From a virus: a stretch of 64,000 nt of DNA. The stretch lies in IMG/VR virus record IMGVR_UViG_3300048091_000425. One strand, 5' to 3'. The notes below the pieces were generated by a model that saw nothing but the letters and a program-made list of their open reading frames with translations, made no database searches and was not told the DNA's origin. Positions within the stretch are counted from its first letter, which is position 1. The number at the start of each line of letters is the position of its first letter. Position numbers and translations under genes: made by a program. Positions 48,307-56,871 of the stretch are shown piece after piece.

Positions 48307-48708
48307 TCAGGCTGTCTGGCTGGCGGGTGCGCGACCCAGGTTGATCACTACAGCCAGTATCCAGATGCTGGCGATCACCGTCAGGCTGGTCAGGTGCATG
48401 AAGCTCAAGACCAGAGCAGCGAGCTGGCCAGCCAGGATAACGCTGGCAAAGGCGACGGCGTGAGCATGCCCCTTGAACTTCAGAAAAAGCAGCAGGCCGA
48501 CAACGTCGAGGACGCCCATGATTGCCCCGCTGAACACACCGAGGAACGGGTAGGCGCTGAAGGTGCCCAGCAGGCAATCCATCAGAAACACCACGACGAC
48601 CAGCAGCGACAGGCCCTGGCGCGGATATTCGGCCAAGGATTTGTGGTCAAAACGGAACAGCAAGGTGTTCCAGGCATGGCGGGCAGTCAACAGAATAAAT
48701 GGGTGCAC
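48307..48708 (-). CDS. membrane protein
   Basis: About 4 hydrophobic segments in 133 aa. Confidence 0.7.
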   Translation of the reverse strand: MHPFILLTARHAWNTLLFRFDHKSLAEYPRQGLSLLVVVVFLMDCLLGTFSAYPFLGVFSGAIMGVLDVVGLLLFLKFKGHAHAVAFASVILAGQLAALVLSFMHLTSLTVIASIWILAVVINLGRAPASQTA

Positions 48709-48711
48709 GGG

Positions 48712-49107
48712 TTACGCTCCGGTGGGTCTAGGGGTTGGTTTGGCCAGTTCTTCGGCGATTTCAAGATCGATTTGGCGCAGGGCTGCCGCAGCACTCTGCT
48801 CAAGGTTGTAGCGTGTCTGGCGCAGGGCATCGAGCCGAGACGAATACAAAGCGCATGCACCCTGCGTATCAGGCCTTAGCGGCCTGGTGTTACCTTCGCT
48901 GAACGTTCCATGGTGTACGCGGTTGGTCACAGCCTTCATGGGGCGATTCCAGTTGACCGACGCGTTTCCTTGCTTGAACCCATAGAGGTTGTTGCTGGTT
49001 TCCAGATTCAGCGGTCTTACATCTGGTGCGATAGCACCGGTGTGCTGCAAAGCCAGCTGGATTTCCAGCTGCTCCACGTATTCTTTTTCCGCTTTGCTCA
49101 TCGCCAT
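48712..49107 (-). CDS. phage-like hypothetical protein, tandem paralog 1
   Basis: MSKAEKEYVEQLE..LAL.HT...LEQ.AAAALR.IDLEI shared with the neighbour. Confidence 0.75.
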   Translation of the reverse strand: MAMSKAEKEYVEQLEIQLALQHTGAIAPDVRPLNLETSNNLYGFKQGNASVNWNRPMKAVTNRVHHGTFSEGNTRPLRPDTQGACALYSSRLDALRQTRYNLEQSAAAALRQIDLEIAEELAKPTPRPTGA

Positions 49108-49505
49108 TGGGGTAGCTCCACATGACAAGGATCGGTTGGGTTCTCATCTTCCTTGAGAATTTCCAGATCAATGGCTCGCAAGGCGGCAGCGGCCTGCTGC
49201 TCCAGCTCGTAACGCATGTGTCGCAAGGCGTCCCGACGAGTCGAGTGCAGCCGAATGCCCTTTTGAGAAGACACCCTTGGAGGCTTCTCACTGCCAATGC
49301 CACTCGATCCGTGACCTGACCTCGTGGTGACCGCCCTGTTTGGACGAAACCATTCAACGCGCACATGCCCACGGGAAAAGCCGAACGTTTCCTTGTCGCC
49401 GACGGTTTCAGGGTCAATATCGTGATCGACCGGCGCCGTGTGCCTCAGGGCCAACCGGGCTTCTAGCTGGTCGACGTAGTCACGTTCCTTTTTGCTCATC
49501 GGCAT
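49098..49505 (-). CDS. phage-like hypothetical protein, tandem paralog 2
   Basis: MPMSKKERDYVDQLEARLALRHT... Confidence 0.75.
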   Translation of the reverse strand: MPMSKKERDYVDQLEARLALRHTAPVDHDIDPETVGDKETFGFSRGHVRVEWFRPNRAVTTRSGHGSSGIGSEKPPRVSSQKGIRLHSTRRDALRHMRYELEQQAAAALRAIDLEILKEDENPTDPCHVELPQWR

Positions 49506-49918
49506 TTCTTGGACTCCACCTGACAATAACGAATCAACGCTGATATGGAACCACACCCCCGCTCGATGGATAGAGCGATGCGGTGATAACCATCAACAAT
49601 CTTAAGCTCACCGGCAGCATCCATGAACAGGATGATGGGAGCTATATCCTGGGGAGGCATTGAACGCAGGCTGCCCAGGCGCTCATTCCATTCTTCCGGT
49701 GTTTCACGCTTCCCCGGAGAAGGCTTTTCCCATTGGATCGGGACACAGGCAGAAAACCACATCGGCTCGCCTTCAAAATCCTCCGGCTCAAGAATGTCCT
49801 CGACATTCTCACAGACAGCCTCTACAGCCTCCCATGTGTTTTCAATCAGCCGGGCCGATTGAAGCCAATGATGCTGGGGCAGCACAGCGAGGACAGTCGC
49901 ATTCAAGCCGGTAGTCAT
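49496..49918 (-). CDS. ParB/Srx N-terminal-domain protein
   Basis: PIILF......IVDGYHRI. Confidence 0.7.
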   Translation of the reverse strand: MTTGLNATVLAVLPQHHWLQSARLIENTWEAVEAVCENVEDILEPEDFEGEPMWFSACVPIQWEKPSPGKRETPEEWNERLGSLRSMPPQDIAPIILFMDAAGELKIVDGYHRIALSIERGCGSISALIRYCQVESKKCR

Positions 49919-49969
49919 CTTTAGCCTTCACGCATAAACCAGATGGCGTCAATATATAGCAAATTACCA

Positions 49970-50191
49970 TCAAGCGGCAATGCGGCGCTTTCGAGAATTG
50001 ACAATAATTTTCCCTTCGACACGCACCTGGCGTGACTTCAGGCCCTTACGGATCTCGCGCAGGTTATGGGTGTTGAAGTACAGCGGATGCTTCGCATGGG
50101 CGATCTGAGCAACCGCGAGCGGTAGATTGCCGCTGCTGAACTTCAGATCGACAGAAACCAAGGTCATAACGGGGATAGCCAACGGCAGCAT
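49970..50191 (-). CDS. small basic hypothetical protein
   Basis: 73-aa ORF. Confidence 0.45.
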   Translation of the reverse strand: MLPLAIPVMTLVSVDLKFSSGNLPLAVAQIAHAKHPLYFNTHNLREIRKGLKSRQVRVEGKIIVNSRKRRIAA

Positions 50192-50215
50192 GGGGTTTGC
50201 TCACAAAATAAAGGC

Positions 50216-50248
50216 AAAAAAAGACCCCGCCAGATGACTGGCGGGGTT
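50216..50248 (-). terminator. terminator of the tRNA operon
   Basis: ACCCCGCCAG / CTGGCGGGGT stem plus T run on the minus strand. Confidence 0.8.
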
Positions 50249-50307
50249 GTAGAAAAGTTACATCAGGGAAATACATCAGAGCGTGCAGCAAAATCGGTAC
50301 AGAAAAC

Positions 50308-50384
50308 TGGTGTTAGGAGCGAGATTCGAACTCGCGGCCTGTCGCTTAGGAGGCAACCGCTCTATCCAGCTGAGCTATCCCAAC
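50308..50384 (-). tRNA. tRNA-Arg(CCT)
   Basis: GTTGGGA...TCCTAAC-A-CCA acceptor, D arm AGCTCAGCTGGATAGAGC, anticodon CT-CCT-AA, T loop TTCGAAT; 77 nt. Confidence 0.93.
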
Positions 50385-50397
50385 GTGTATCAGAATT

Positions 50398-50471
<74 letters not shown>

Positions 50472-50475
50472 AAGT

Positions 50476-50668
50476 CCTGAAACCGGCGAACCAGCCCCAG
50501 GGTACGACAGCACCCCCACCACAGAGACAGCTAGCGTGCTTTGTGCAGACACCCTACGGACGTCCACGAAACCGGTGTTGCTGTATTCGTGAATCTCAGA
50601 AGTGGATTTGAACCCCCATTCTGCCCCGCCACTGAGACTCACGAATACACACTGTTTACGGTCAGTGA
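50476..50668 (-). ncRNA. candidate structured RNA in the tRNA operon spacer
   Basis: 18-bp stem (one G-U) enclosing D-loop-like and T-loop-like motifs, plus further hairpins including a UUCG-capped one. Confidence 0.4.
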
Positions 50669-50679
50669 ATCGTGTTTCT

Positions 50680-50756
50680 TGGCGCACCCGGCTGGACTCG
50701 AACCAGCGACCATCCGCTTAGAAGGCGGATGCTCTATCCAGCTGAGCTACGGGCAC
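50680..50756 (-). tRNA. tRNA-Arg(TCT)
   Basis: GTGCCCG...CGGGTGC-G-CCA acceptor (two G-U), anticodon CT-TCT-AA, T loop TTCGAGT; 77 nt. Confidence 0.92.
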
Positions 50757-50805
50757 GTATCTCAAAACTCGCCAGCGAGGTGGTTTATGTCTCGCTGTGG
50801 TTTCC

Positions 50806-50834
50806 AATCTACGCCGCTGTTGCCAAGGTGTCAA
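50806..50834 (-). promoter_or_regulatory. sigma70 promoter of the tRNA operon
   Basis: TTGACA-17 bp-TAGATT about 50 bp upstream of tRNA-Arg(TCT). Confidence 0.8.
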
Positions 50835-50862
50835 TACTTACCAAATGAAAATCAGCGAGGTC

Positions 50863-51063
50863 TCACGGCTTCATCACACGCGACAGCTTACGAAGGCGCA
50901 GCACAGACTCCATCTGCGCCTCATCGAGCGCCTTGACTGGCTTTTTCATGTTCTGCAAATCCTGGGCGCAGAGATTCACGTCGCGAGTCTCAATATAGTT
51001 GGCCCACATGCTCAGCGCTTGGGCGATCAATTCGTTGTCCGTCATTTGATTCAAGTGGCTCAT
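50863..51063 (-). CDS. small hypothetical protein
   Basis: GGAG RBS; 66 aa. Confidence 0.6.
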   Translation of the reverse strand: MSHLNQMTDNELIAQALSMWANYIETRDVNLCAQDLQNMKKPVKALDEAQMESVLRLRKLSRVMKP

Positions 51064-51229
51064 ATGTTTCTCCAATGGTGGTTGCAATGATTCTGACAAG
51101 CTTAGCTGGGTTATTCACCCAGAGGAACGAATCTCCCCTTCGGTGTTCACTCCCTGCTGATCACCCGCAAGCTGCTTTATTCAGGCAAAAAGGATCCCAA
51201 AAATAATGTCAATTTACTACCATTATCAT

Positions 51230-51253
51230 GTGTTTGAGGTATACTCATAACAC
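51230..51253 (+). promoter_or_regulatory. 24-bp palindromic operator over -10 (copy 6)
   Basis: GTGTT-TG-AGGTATACTC-AT-AACAC upstream of 51278. Confidence 0.75.
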
Positions 51254-51277
51254 CCCACCAAGATAGGTTCAACCATC

Positions 51278-51766
51278 ATGTCGAGCACCCTCTTTCCGAC
51301 CCTGCATATGGCCAAGAAGGTTGGCTTTGCTGTCACCCGAAAGCATGACCATGAAGGCGGTTCCACCGACACCATCAAGCTCGCTGGCAAGAAAGTAGGA
51401 ACCGTCTACCACCTGCCCTACGGTGCTGGTGAAGATTTTCATATCCCCGCTGATATCATCGCCGATGTGGCCAAAGGATTTGTGGAGCAGGGTTTTAAGA
51501 ACAGTCACCCTGAGTTGTTCCCAAAACCAACCAATGAGTTGTGGCTGCTGAGCATCTGCTACGCCGTACTCAACGAAACCGTTGACCTGAAAAAGATCAA
51601 GCGAAAAGCCAAAACGAATATTATGTTTGTTGAGAAAGGTGCCGAGTTTGGCAATTACATTGAAGTCACGGCACCTTTCACCCCAGAAATGAAGGCGAAA
51701 GTGATCAGACAGAGTCCTCCTGACAGCATTGCCTACTTCATCAACGAAGATATCGCCGAGCTATGA
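51278..51766 (+). CDS. hypothetical protein
   Basis: 162 aa; ATGA overlap with the next gene. Confidence 0.75.
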   Translation: MSSTLFPTLHMAKKVGFAVTRKHDHEGGSTDTIKLAGKKVGTVYHLPYGAGEDFHIPADIIADVAKGFVEQGFKNSHPELFPKPTNELWLLSICYAVLNETVDLKKIKRKAKTNIMFVEKGAEFGNYIEVTAPFTPEMKAKVIRQSPPDSIAYFINEDIAEL

Positions 51767-52182
51767 GAGATAAAACCGTGAATGCGTTCATCAACCCCGC
51801 CGAGGCAGAAGACCGCAATGTCCTCTGCGGAGGTTGCGGTGGAGCCGTGAAAGGACACTGGTCTAAGTGTCCTCATTGCGATACTAAATTCCATGCTAAC
51901 AAATGGGGCTACGCCCGCCTGTGCAAGAACCCCAATTGCATTCGTACTGAGAGTGCCGGGCATCCCCACGGCTTGTGCAAGCATCACTACCAGCTGCGCA
52001 AGTACCGGCAGACGCAGTCAGCGCTCCAGGCCAATTGCAGCTGTGGCGGAAAAGTAAGCTTTGGCCACAGTGACTGCTCTCGCTGCCGCTCTCTCAAGGA
52101 GAAGAGAGAAGAATCGCAACACCGCTGTCAATGCCAATGTGGTGGCCTCGGATGCCAGTCGATAAAGGAGCAGGATCAATGA
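51763..52182 (+). CDS. Cys-rich multi zinc-ribbon protein
   Basis: Several CxxC/CxC pairs. Confidence 0.7.
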   Translation: MRDKTVNAFINPAEAEDRNVLCGGCGGAVKGHWSKCPHCDTKFHANKWGYARLCKNPNCIRTESAGHPHGLCKHHYQLRKYRQTQSALQANCSCGGKVSFGHSDCSRCRSLKEKREESQHRCQCQCGGLGCQSIKEQDQ

Positions 52183-52367
52183 CCAAGCTGCACATGTGGA
52201 GCCGTCTCGGCATGCTGGGAAAAATCGTTGTCCGCTGTGGTCGCAAGGTGAAAGCGACTGAGTTCACCGACCAGGCCTCAAAGGTGACGTGCCAGGCCTG
52301 CCTGAATGCCATGGCCAAGGCGCCCAGCTTCAAGGATCGTCTGAATCAAGGGAGCGCCCAATCGTGA
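52179..52367 (+). CDS. small zinc-finger protein
   Basis: H...CGR....VTCQAC; overlapping start/stop. Confidence 0.6.
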   Translation: MTKLHMWSRLGMLGKIVVRCGRKVKATEFTDQASKVTCQACLNAMAKAPSFKDRLNQGSAQS

Positions 52368-52651
52368 GCCGTGAACCTGAGATCGCCACCCCGTACACCC
52401 ACCCCGACCATGAAACAATTGGCCGCATCTTCAAATTTTGGGATGGTCACCGGTATTACTGCGATTCCTGGGAGGAAAATCTAGGTTTCTGGATGACCCG
52501 TGTGGACGCACCGCCTGAAAATCGTGCCGATAAAATGGGCGAGTTCCGCAAAAACGTGTCGGAGCGGGCTATTGGTCGAACGTTCCATCGTGACTACACA
52601 GCCAGCGGTGAGCGCGAAGGCCTGGAATTTGTAAAACAAAACGCCCCGTAA
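52364..52651 (+). CDS. phage-like hypothetical protein
   Basis: GTGA overlap; HRYYCDSW...GFWMT...NVSERAIGRTFH. Confidence 0.65.
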   Translation: MSREPEIATPYTHPDHETIGRIFKFWDGHRYYCDSWEENLGFWMTRVDAPPENRADKMGEFRKNVSERAIGRTFHRDYTASGEREGLEFVKQNAP

Positions 52652-52664
52652 AGGGGCGTTTTTT
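52637..52664. terminator. bidirectional terminator
   Basis: AAAACGCCCC-GTAAA-GGGGCGTTTTT between convergent genes. Confidence 0.75.
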
Positions 52665-52677
52665 ATAGTCGGTACAG

Positions 52678-53007
52678 TCAGAAGCCCGTCACCTTATCAA
52701 TGGCTATTTTAATCGCCTCCACCTCGCTCTCCGCCATGCGCCTGGTCAATCGGGTGAAGTAGCCGGTCACGATCAGCAACAGCCCGATGAGCCCAATGAG
52801 GAGAATGGCGCCGCCCAGACCACTCATGAATGAGATCAGGCCGCCCATGGCCAGGATAAAAGCCCCCAGATTCATAACCATTTCAGCCACCTTGTACAGG
52901 CTGATACGGAAATTCAATACCTCCAGGCGCTCCTGTTCCGAAGTGGTGTCGACGTGGACACTGCCGGCCATGCTCGCCCTTCCCTTTGCACTCAGGTTTG
53001 TGGTCAT
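52678..53007 (-). CDS. small membrane protein
   Basis: Two TM helices. Confidence 0.7.
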   Translation of the reverse strand: MTTNLSAKGRASMAGSVHVDTTSEQERLEVLNFRISLYKVAEMVMNLGAFILAMGGLISFMSGLGGAILLIGLIGLLLIVTGYFTRLTRRMAESEVEAIKIAIDKVTGF

Positions 53008-53013
53008 TTTGCT

Positions 53014-53256
53014 TCAGTTCTCCGGGTGATCGATGGGCCCGGCCCATTCGATGATCCACGACGAATCAGGTAGCGCTTGTGCAGCCGCCCGTGTGTGCTC
53101 GTCGTCTACGGCATTGATGCCGTCTTGCTTTTTGTCTCGCCAGTGCCTGGGCCATTCGCCACAGTAAGGCAGCTCGATGACTCTCACCCCACCGCGTTGA
53201 CGCTGGAAGTAAAAGCCTGGAATGGTGGGCACCTCATCGGTGTAAAGCAAACCCAT
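53014..53256 (-). CDS. small hypothetical protein
   Basis: GAGGG RBS; P..PG.Y...WAGPI..P pattern. Confidence 0.65.
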   Translation of the reverse strand: MGLLYTDEVPTIPGFYFQRQRGGVRVIELPYCGEWPRHWRDKKQDGINAVDDEHTRAAAQALPDSSWIIEWAGPIDHPEN

Positions 53257-53267
53257 GGCGACACCCT

Positions 53268-53483
53268 CTACAGGATAATGAGTTCTTTGTTTTGGCCCGT
53301 GATCGGGTCGTGAATCAGGATCTGTTTACCACCTTGAAGCTCTTTGCGCAGGCGGTGCTGTAGGGCCACGGTTTGACGCAAGACTTCGGTTTTGGTGACT
53401 CCGCTGTCATCAGCCATTTCAATCATCAGTGTCATGGTGTCTTGCGGCAACTTCACCGTCAGCTTGTGCTTCTCCATCGGCAT
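53268..53483 (-). CDS. ribbon-helix-helix (CopG-like) DNA-binding protein
   Basis: KLTVKLP (beta strand), helix, GVTKTEVLRQTV; GTACGGC-N5-GCCGTAC inverted repeat at 53525-53543 upstream. Confidence 0.75.
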   Translation of the reverse strand: MPMEKHKLTVKLPQDTMTLMIEMADDSGVTKTEVLRQTVALQHRLRKELQGGKQILIHDPITGQNKELIIL

Positions 53484-53597
53484 TCCCCAATTTGTCATTA
53501 CATGCGATTCGTTTGCATATGATGGTACGGCTTTGTGCCGTACACAAGCATATTCGAAAGAAAATAGTAAATTGCCATACCGTCCGAAGCGGGCAAC

Positions 53598-53627
53598 AAA
53601 AAAAGCCCGCACTCGGCGGGCTTTTTT
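53598..53627. terminator. bidirectional terminator
   Basis: A7-GCCCGC-loop-GCGGGC-T6. Confidence 0.8.
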
Positions 53628-53663
53628 ACAGAATGTCCTTGAAAATCAAGAACTTAGTGATGT

Positions 53664-53840
53664 TCACTGACAAGCTTCACAATTTGGCTCCAAAATGGAG
53701 CACGCCTTAGGCATTTCCTGACCCTGGACGTCGCCGAGGAAGTCGTCGGTGGCACTATCTTCCGTATCCCAATCCATCAGCGGCTTGGCTTGGACTGCCT
53801 GGGCTTGTGCGGTTTCAGCGGGTTTGTTGGTGTTGCTCAT
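53664..53840 (-). CDS. 58-aa acidic peptide ending in an NrdA-like CxxC tail
   Basis: GGAG RBS; ends MPKACSILEPNCEACQ*. Confidence 0.7.
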   Translation of the reverse strand: MSNTNKPAETAQAQAVQAKPLMDWDTEDSATDDFLGDVQGQEMPKACSILEPNCEACQ

Positions 53841-53992
53841 GGGTTTTCTCCGAATGCGGATCAATTGATAGAGTCATCATAGAGAGTGCAGAAGCCTGAG
53901 AGCAAGTGGCCGTTCTGTAGCTCATGGTGTCAATTTAGCATCTTTTTTCTCCAACGCCCCTGAATCCGACTGATGGCATATTGAAGTCGAAT

Positions 53993-54016
53993 TTATTTGC
54001 GGTATACTCGCAACAT
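53993..54016 (+). promoter_or_regulatory. 24-bp operator over -10 (copy 7, degenerate left arm)
   Basis: TTATT-TG-CGGTATACTC-GC-AACAT. Confidence 0.6.
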
Positions 54017-54033
54017 ACCGATTGGAGACCCCC

Positions 54034-54270
54034 ATGCACGCACTTCAGAAGTCCACGTCCACCCTCGCTTCCAAGCCGACCATGTCTGCGCCAATGCGGA
54101 TGCAGCCGACCTATCCGGCCCTCGTCAAACAGCCTTCGGCCAGCCTGGAAACCCCGGTTGATAACCACCTGACCCGCGCTGACTTCCAGAATTTCCTCTC
54201 CGCGATTCAAGTTGGCCGCGTAGCACGTCAGCAGCGCATCGTAAAAAAGCTTTCTGACATGCATTTCTAA
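54034..54270 (+). CDS. small hypothetical protein
   Basis: GGAG RBS; 78 aa. Confidence 0.6.
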   Translation: MHALQKSTSTLASKPTMSAPMRMQPTYPALVKQPSASLETPVDNHLTRADFQNFLSAIQVGRVARQQRIVKKLSDMHF

Positions 54271-54523
54271 GAGGCATGCCATGAAGCGTTTTACTTTTTT
54301 CACCATCAGTCAGCCGATCCTGATCTTCGCCTCTGATCTGAATCATGCGTGGGAAAAGTTCACGCAAAGTGGTTATCACGCCTCAGAATGTCTGGCTACG
54401 AAGAGCAACTAAGACCTGCGGCACCGAAGTCACTCGATGACGGTGCCGAATAAACTAACTGTATTGCCAGCAACAATTGTTGTTATATTTCCACTCCCCA
54501 ACTCAACTGCAAGGTGTTTGCGA

Positions 54524-55435
54524 ATGAAGCGTTCCGTTCTGTTTCTGACAACGGCGTCCATGCTGCTGGCCGCGTGCGACAACTCCACCCCTCCGCCTAA
54601 ACCTGTGGCCGACATATCGACCACCATGGAGTCTGAGGAACCGGCTATTCAAAGCCAGGAAGTCAGTCAGCTTCGAGCGGAAAACGACGACCTGCGCAAT
54701 GAACTGGCAAAACTCCAGGCCATCGACCCGACTGTCAAAGACGCGTACTACGGTGTCGATGAAAAAGGCGAGCGTGTGCTTAACGTCGTTCGCGAAGAAA
54801 CCAACGGCGCCAGTGCCTCATCGCTTAGCAGTACAGTATGGCCGTTGCTCGGCGGCATGGCCGCTGGTGCGGTAATTGCCAAGATGGCCTCCAGTGGTGG
54901 CGTCTCCAATTACGCTTCTTACAACCCTCCAGCCCGCGCCCAATCTTTCTACAGCCGTGATGACGAGCGTGCCGAACGCAATCGTGCCTACGACAGCTAC
55001 CGCAATCGCTATCAGAACCAGGCGCAGCCCAAGCAGGCGTACAACAGCTACACGAACGACCGTAGCAGCTACAACAACGACCGCAACAGCTTCAACCAGC
55101 CAAAACCTGCCGCCGTGGTTCAGCGCACTGTGAATGTGGCGTCACCGTCGACCGCAGTCGCTTCCGATCAGCAGAAGATTTCGCAGTATTACGCGCCGAC
55201 CCGCCAGGCAGCGCCTTCCGGCAATGACTACAGTCGCCAGAACGCGACGACCAGTTATCAGCCGGCGAAGATCAGCACCCGTATCGAACCTGTTTACAAA
55301 GCCGCCCCGGCGCCTGCGTACAAGGCCCCGGCCTACCAGGCTCCGAAGACCCAGGCTTACCAAGCTCCGAAAGCCCAGCCCTACAAGGCCCCGGCCTTCA
55401 AGACGTCTTCGAGCAGCGGGAGCCGTCGCCGATGA
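54524..55435 (+). CDS. lipoprotein, DUF1190/YgiB-like, with low-complexity tail
   Basis: LAAC lipobox; WPLLGGMAAG..IAKM segment; YKAP/YQAP repeats; coupled to a Gsp-synthetase-like gene as in ygiB-ygiC. Confidence 0.65.
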   Translation: MKRSVLFLTTASMLLAACDNSTPPPKPVADISTTMESEEPAIQSQEVSQLRAENDDLRNELAKLQAIDPTVKDAYYGVDEKGERVLNVVREETNGASASSLSSTVWPLLGGMAAGAVIAKMASSGGVSNYASYNPPARAQSFYSRDDERAERNRAYDSYRNRYQNQAQPKQAYNSYTNDRSSYNNDRNSFNQPKPAAVVQRTVNVASPSTAVASDQQKISQYYAPTRQAAPSGNDYSRQNATTSYQPAKISTRIEPVYKAAPAPAYKAPAYQAPKTQAYQAPKAQPYKAPAFKTSSSSGSRRR

Positions 55436-56745
55436 TCAAGCAAGACCACCGTGTCCGGTTTGACCTGAATCAGCTTGTCGGTGACAAGCTGCCCACCGTT
55501 AAGCAGATCATCGATATCAGCGCCCTGCAGGGGCAGTACGCGTTCCAGTTGAACAATCAGGACGCGCTGCCCTTCTACTCGATTCCGCAACACGCGGTCG
55601 AACAGGTGCAGGCGCAGGCCAACGACGCCTATCAGATGATGATCGAAGCGCTGGATCAGCTGTTTTACAAGCCCTGGGACATTTGCGAGTACTTCGACAG
55701 CCCGCTGATCCGTGAGCATGGCCGGTACTTCATCCACTATGCTCACCACACCTTCAAGTCCCGTGGGATGATCGGCCAATCCCTCAGCGGTCGTTTCGAC
55801 ATGGGGTTTGACCCGGACACCGACCGTGTCACCGGTATCTACGAGTTCAACGGCGCCGTCACCGGCCTGCTGTTCGAGTCGACCAGTCTGCAGAACGATC
55901 TGGTGCAGCAAGTAACCGGTTCAAACCAGGCTCAGTTAAACGATTGGTCTCAATTGACAACGAATGCACTGGCCGCTTACAACCTGCAGCATGGGCGTCG
56001 CGTGGCCGTGGTCGCTAACCTGGCTTACCCGGAAGATCTCACCAATGCCGAGCTTGTCTCTCAGTTGTTCGGCGCACACGCGGAAACGCACCTGCGCGAT
56101 CTGTCTCAAGGCCCCTACTTTGAGCTGATGAACCCGACCAAGCCCTGGATGTTGACCGTCGAGAACGAGCACGGTACGCAAGAATTGCCGTTGGACGTCA
56201 TCTACCTTGACCTCCCATGGGATGAGATCGTCGAAGCCAGCCCTGAAGCTTTCCAGCAATGGAAGTCCTGGGCGGACAACGTGGCGTTCATCGAGCCGGC
56301 CTGGCGTTGGTTCATGTCCCACAAGGGCCTGATGGCCTACGTGACCCACTTGCTGGAAACCGATGAGGATTACCGGCGCCGCTGGCTGCATGTGCCGATG
56401 ATCCCTACCCGCCTGACCCCGAATCATTTCCTGAGGCACGGCCTGCCGTTTGTGTCCAAACCCGCCCAGGGCTATGGATCTCAGAATATCGAGTTCTATG
56501 AGGCCAGCAGTCTGATGCATAGAACCGAGGGTGATTTGCGCGACATGCCGCAGGTGCACCAGGCGTATTGCCCGGCTGGATCCTTAGAGCCCGGCACGGT
56601 CTTTACCCTGGGTGTGTGGATGGCTTCCGGGTATCGAGGCCAAACCACCGATCACCCAGCCTATGCGTCGGCCCTGTGCATTCGCGAGTTCGACGAAAGC
56701 CTGGATCGCGACAGCGGACGGTGCCTGCCGCACATGATCCGATAA
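55432..56745 (+). CDS. glutathionylspermidine-synthase-like ATP-grasp protein (YgiC-like), divergent
   Basis: GRFD...YEFN, LPWDEI, FIEPAWR...HKGL, KP..G..S.NI. Confidence 0.8.
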   Translation: MIKQDHRVRFDLNQLVGDKLPTVKQIIDISALQGQYAFQLNNQDALPFYSIPQHAVEQVQAQANDAYQMMIEALDQLFYKPWDICEYFDSPLIREHGRYFIHYAHHTFKSRGMIGQSLSGRFDMGFDPDTDRVTGIYEFNGAVTGLLFESTSLQNDLVQQVTGSNQAQLNDWSQLTTNALAAYNLQHGRRVAVVANLAYPEDLTNAELVSQLFGAHAETHLRDLSQGPYFELMNPTKPWMLTVENEHGTQELPLDVIYLDLPWDEIVEASPEAFQQWKSWADNVAFIEPAWRWFMSHKGLMAYVTHLLETDEDYRRRWLHVPMIPTRLTPNHFLRHGLPFVSKPAQGYGSQNIEFYEASSLMHRTEGDLRDMPQVHQAYCPAGSLEPGTVFTLGVWMASGYRGQTTDHPAYASALCIREFDESLDRDSGRCLPHMIR

Positions 56746-56871
56746 ATAGCCCTTCGGGATGGTCGATCTCTCCCTTCATCAAGAGGGGTGACCATCCCAC
56801 TGGTATCGGCGCTGACCGAAGACACAAAAATGCCCGGCTTGCCGGGCATCTTGTTTACTGAGAGCGGGAGA

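Noticed and set aside
49496-49918. ParB-like ORF as the plasmid partition protein
   Set aside because: Only 140 aa, with no HTH or dimerisation domain and no adjacent parA; more likely a stand-alone ParB/Srx domain.
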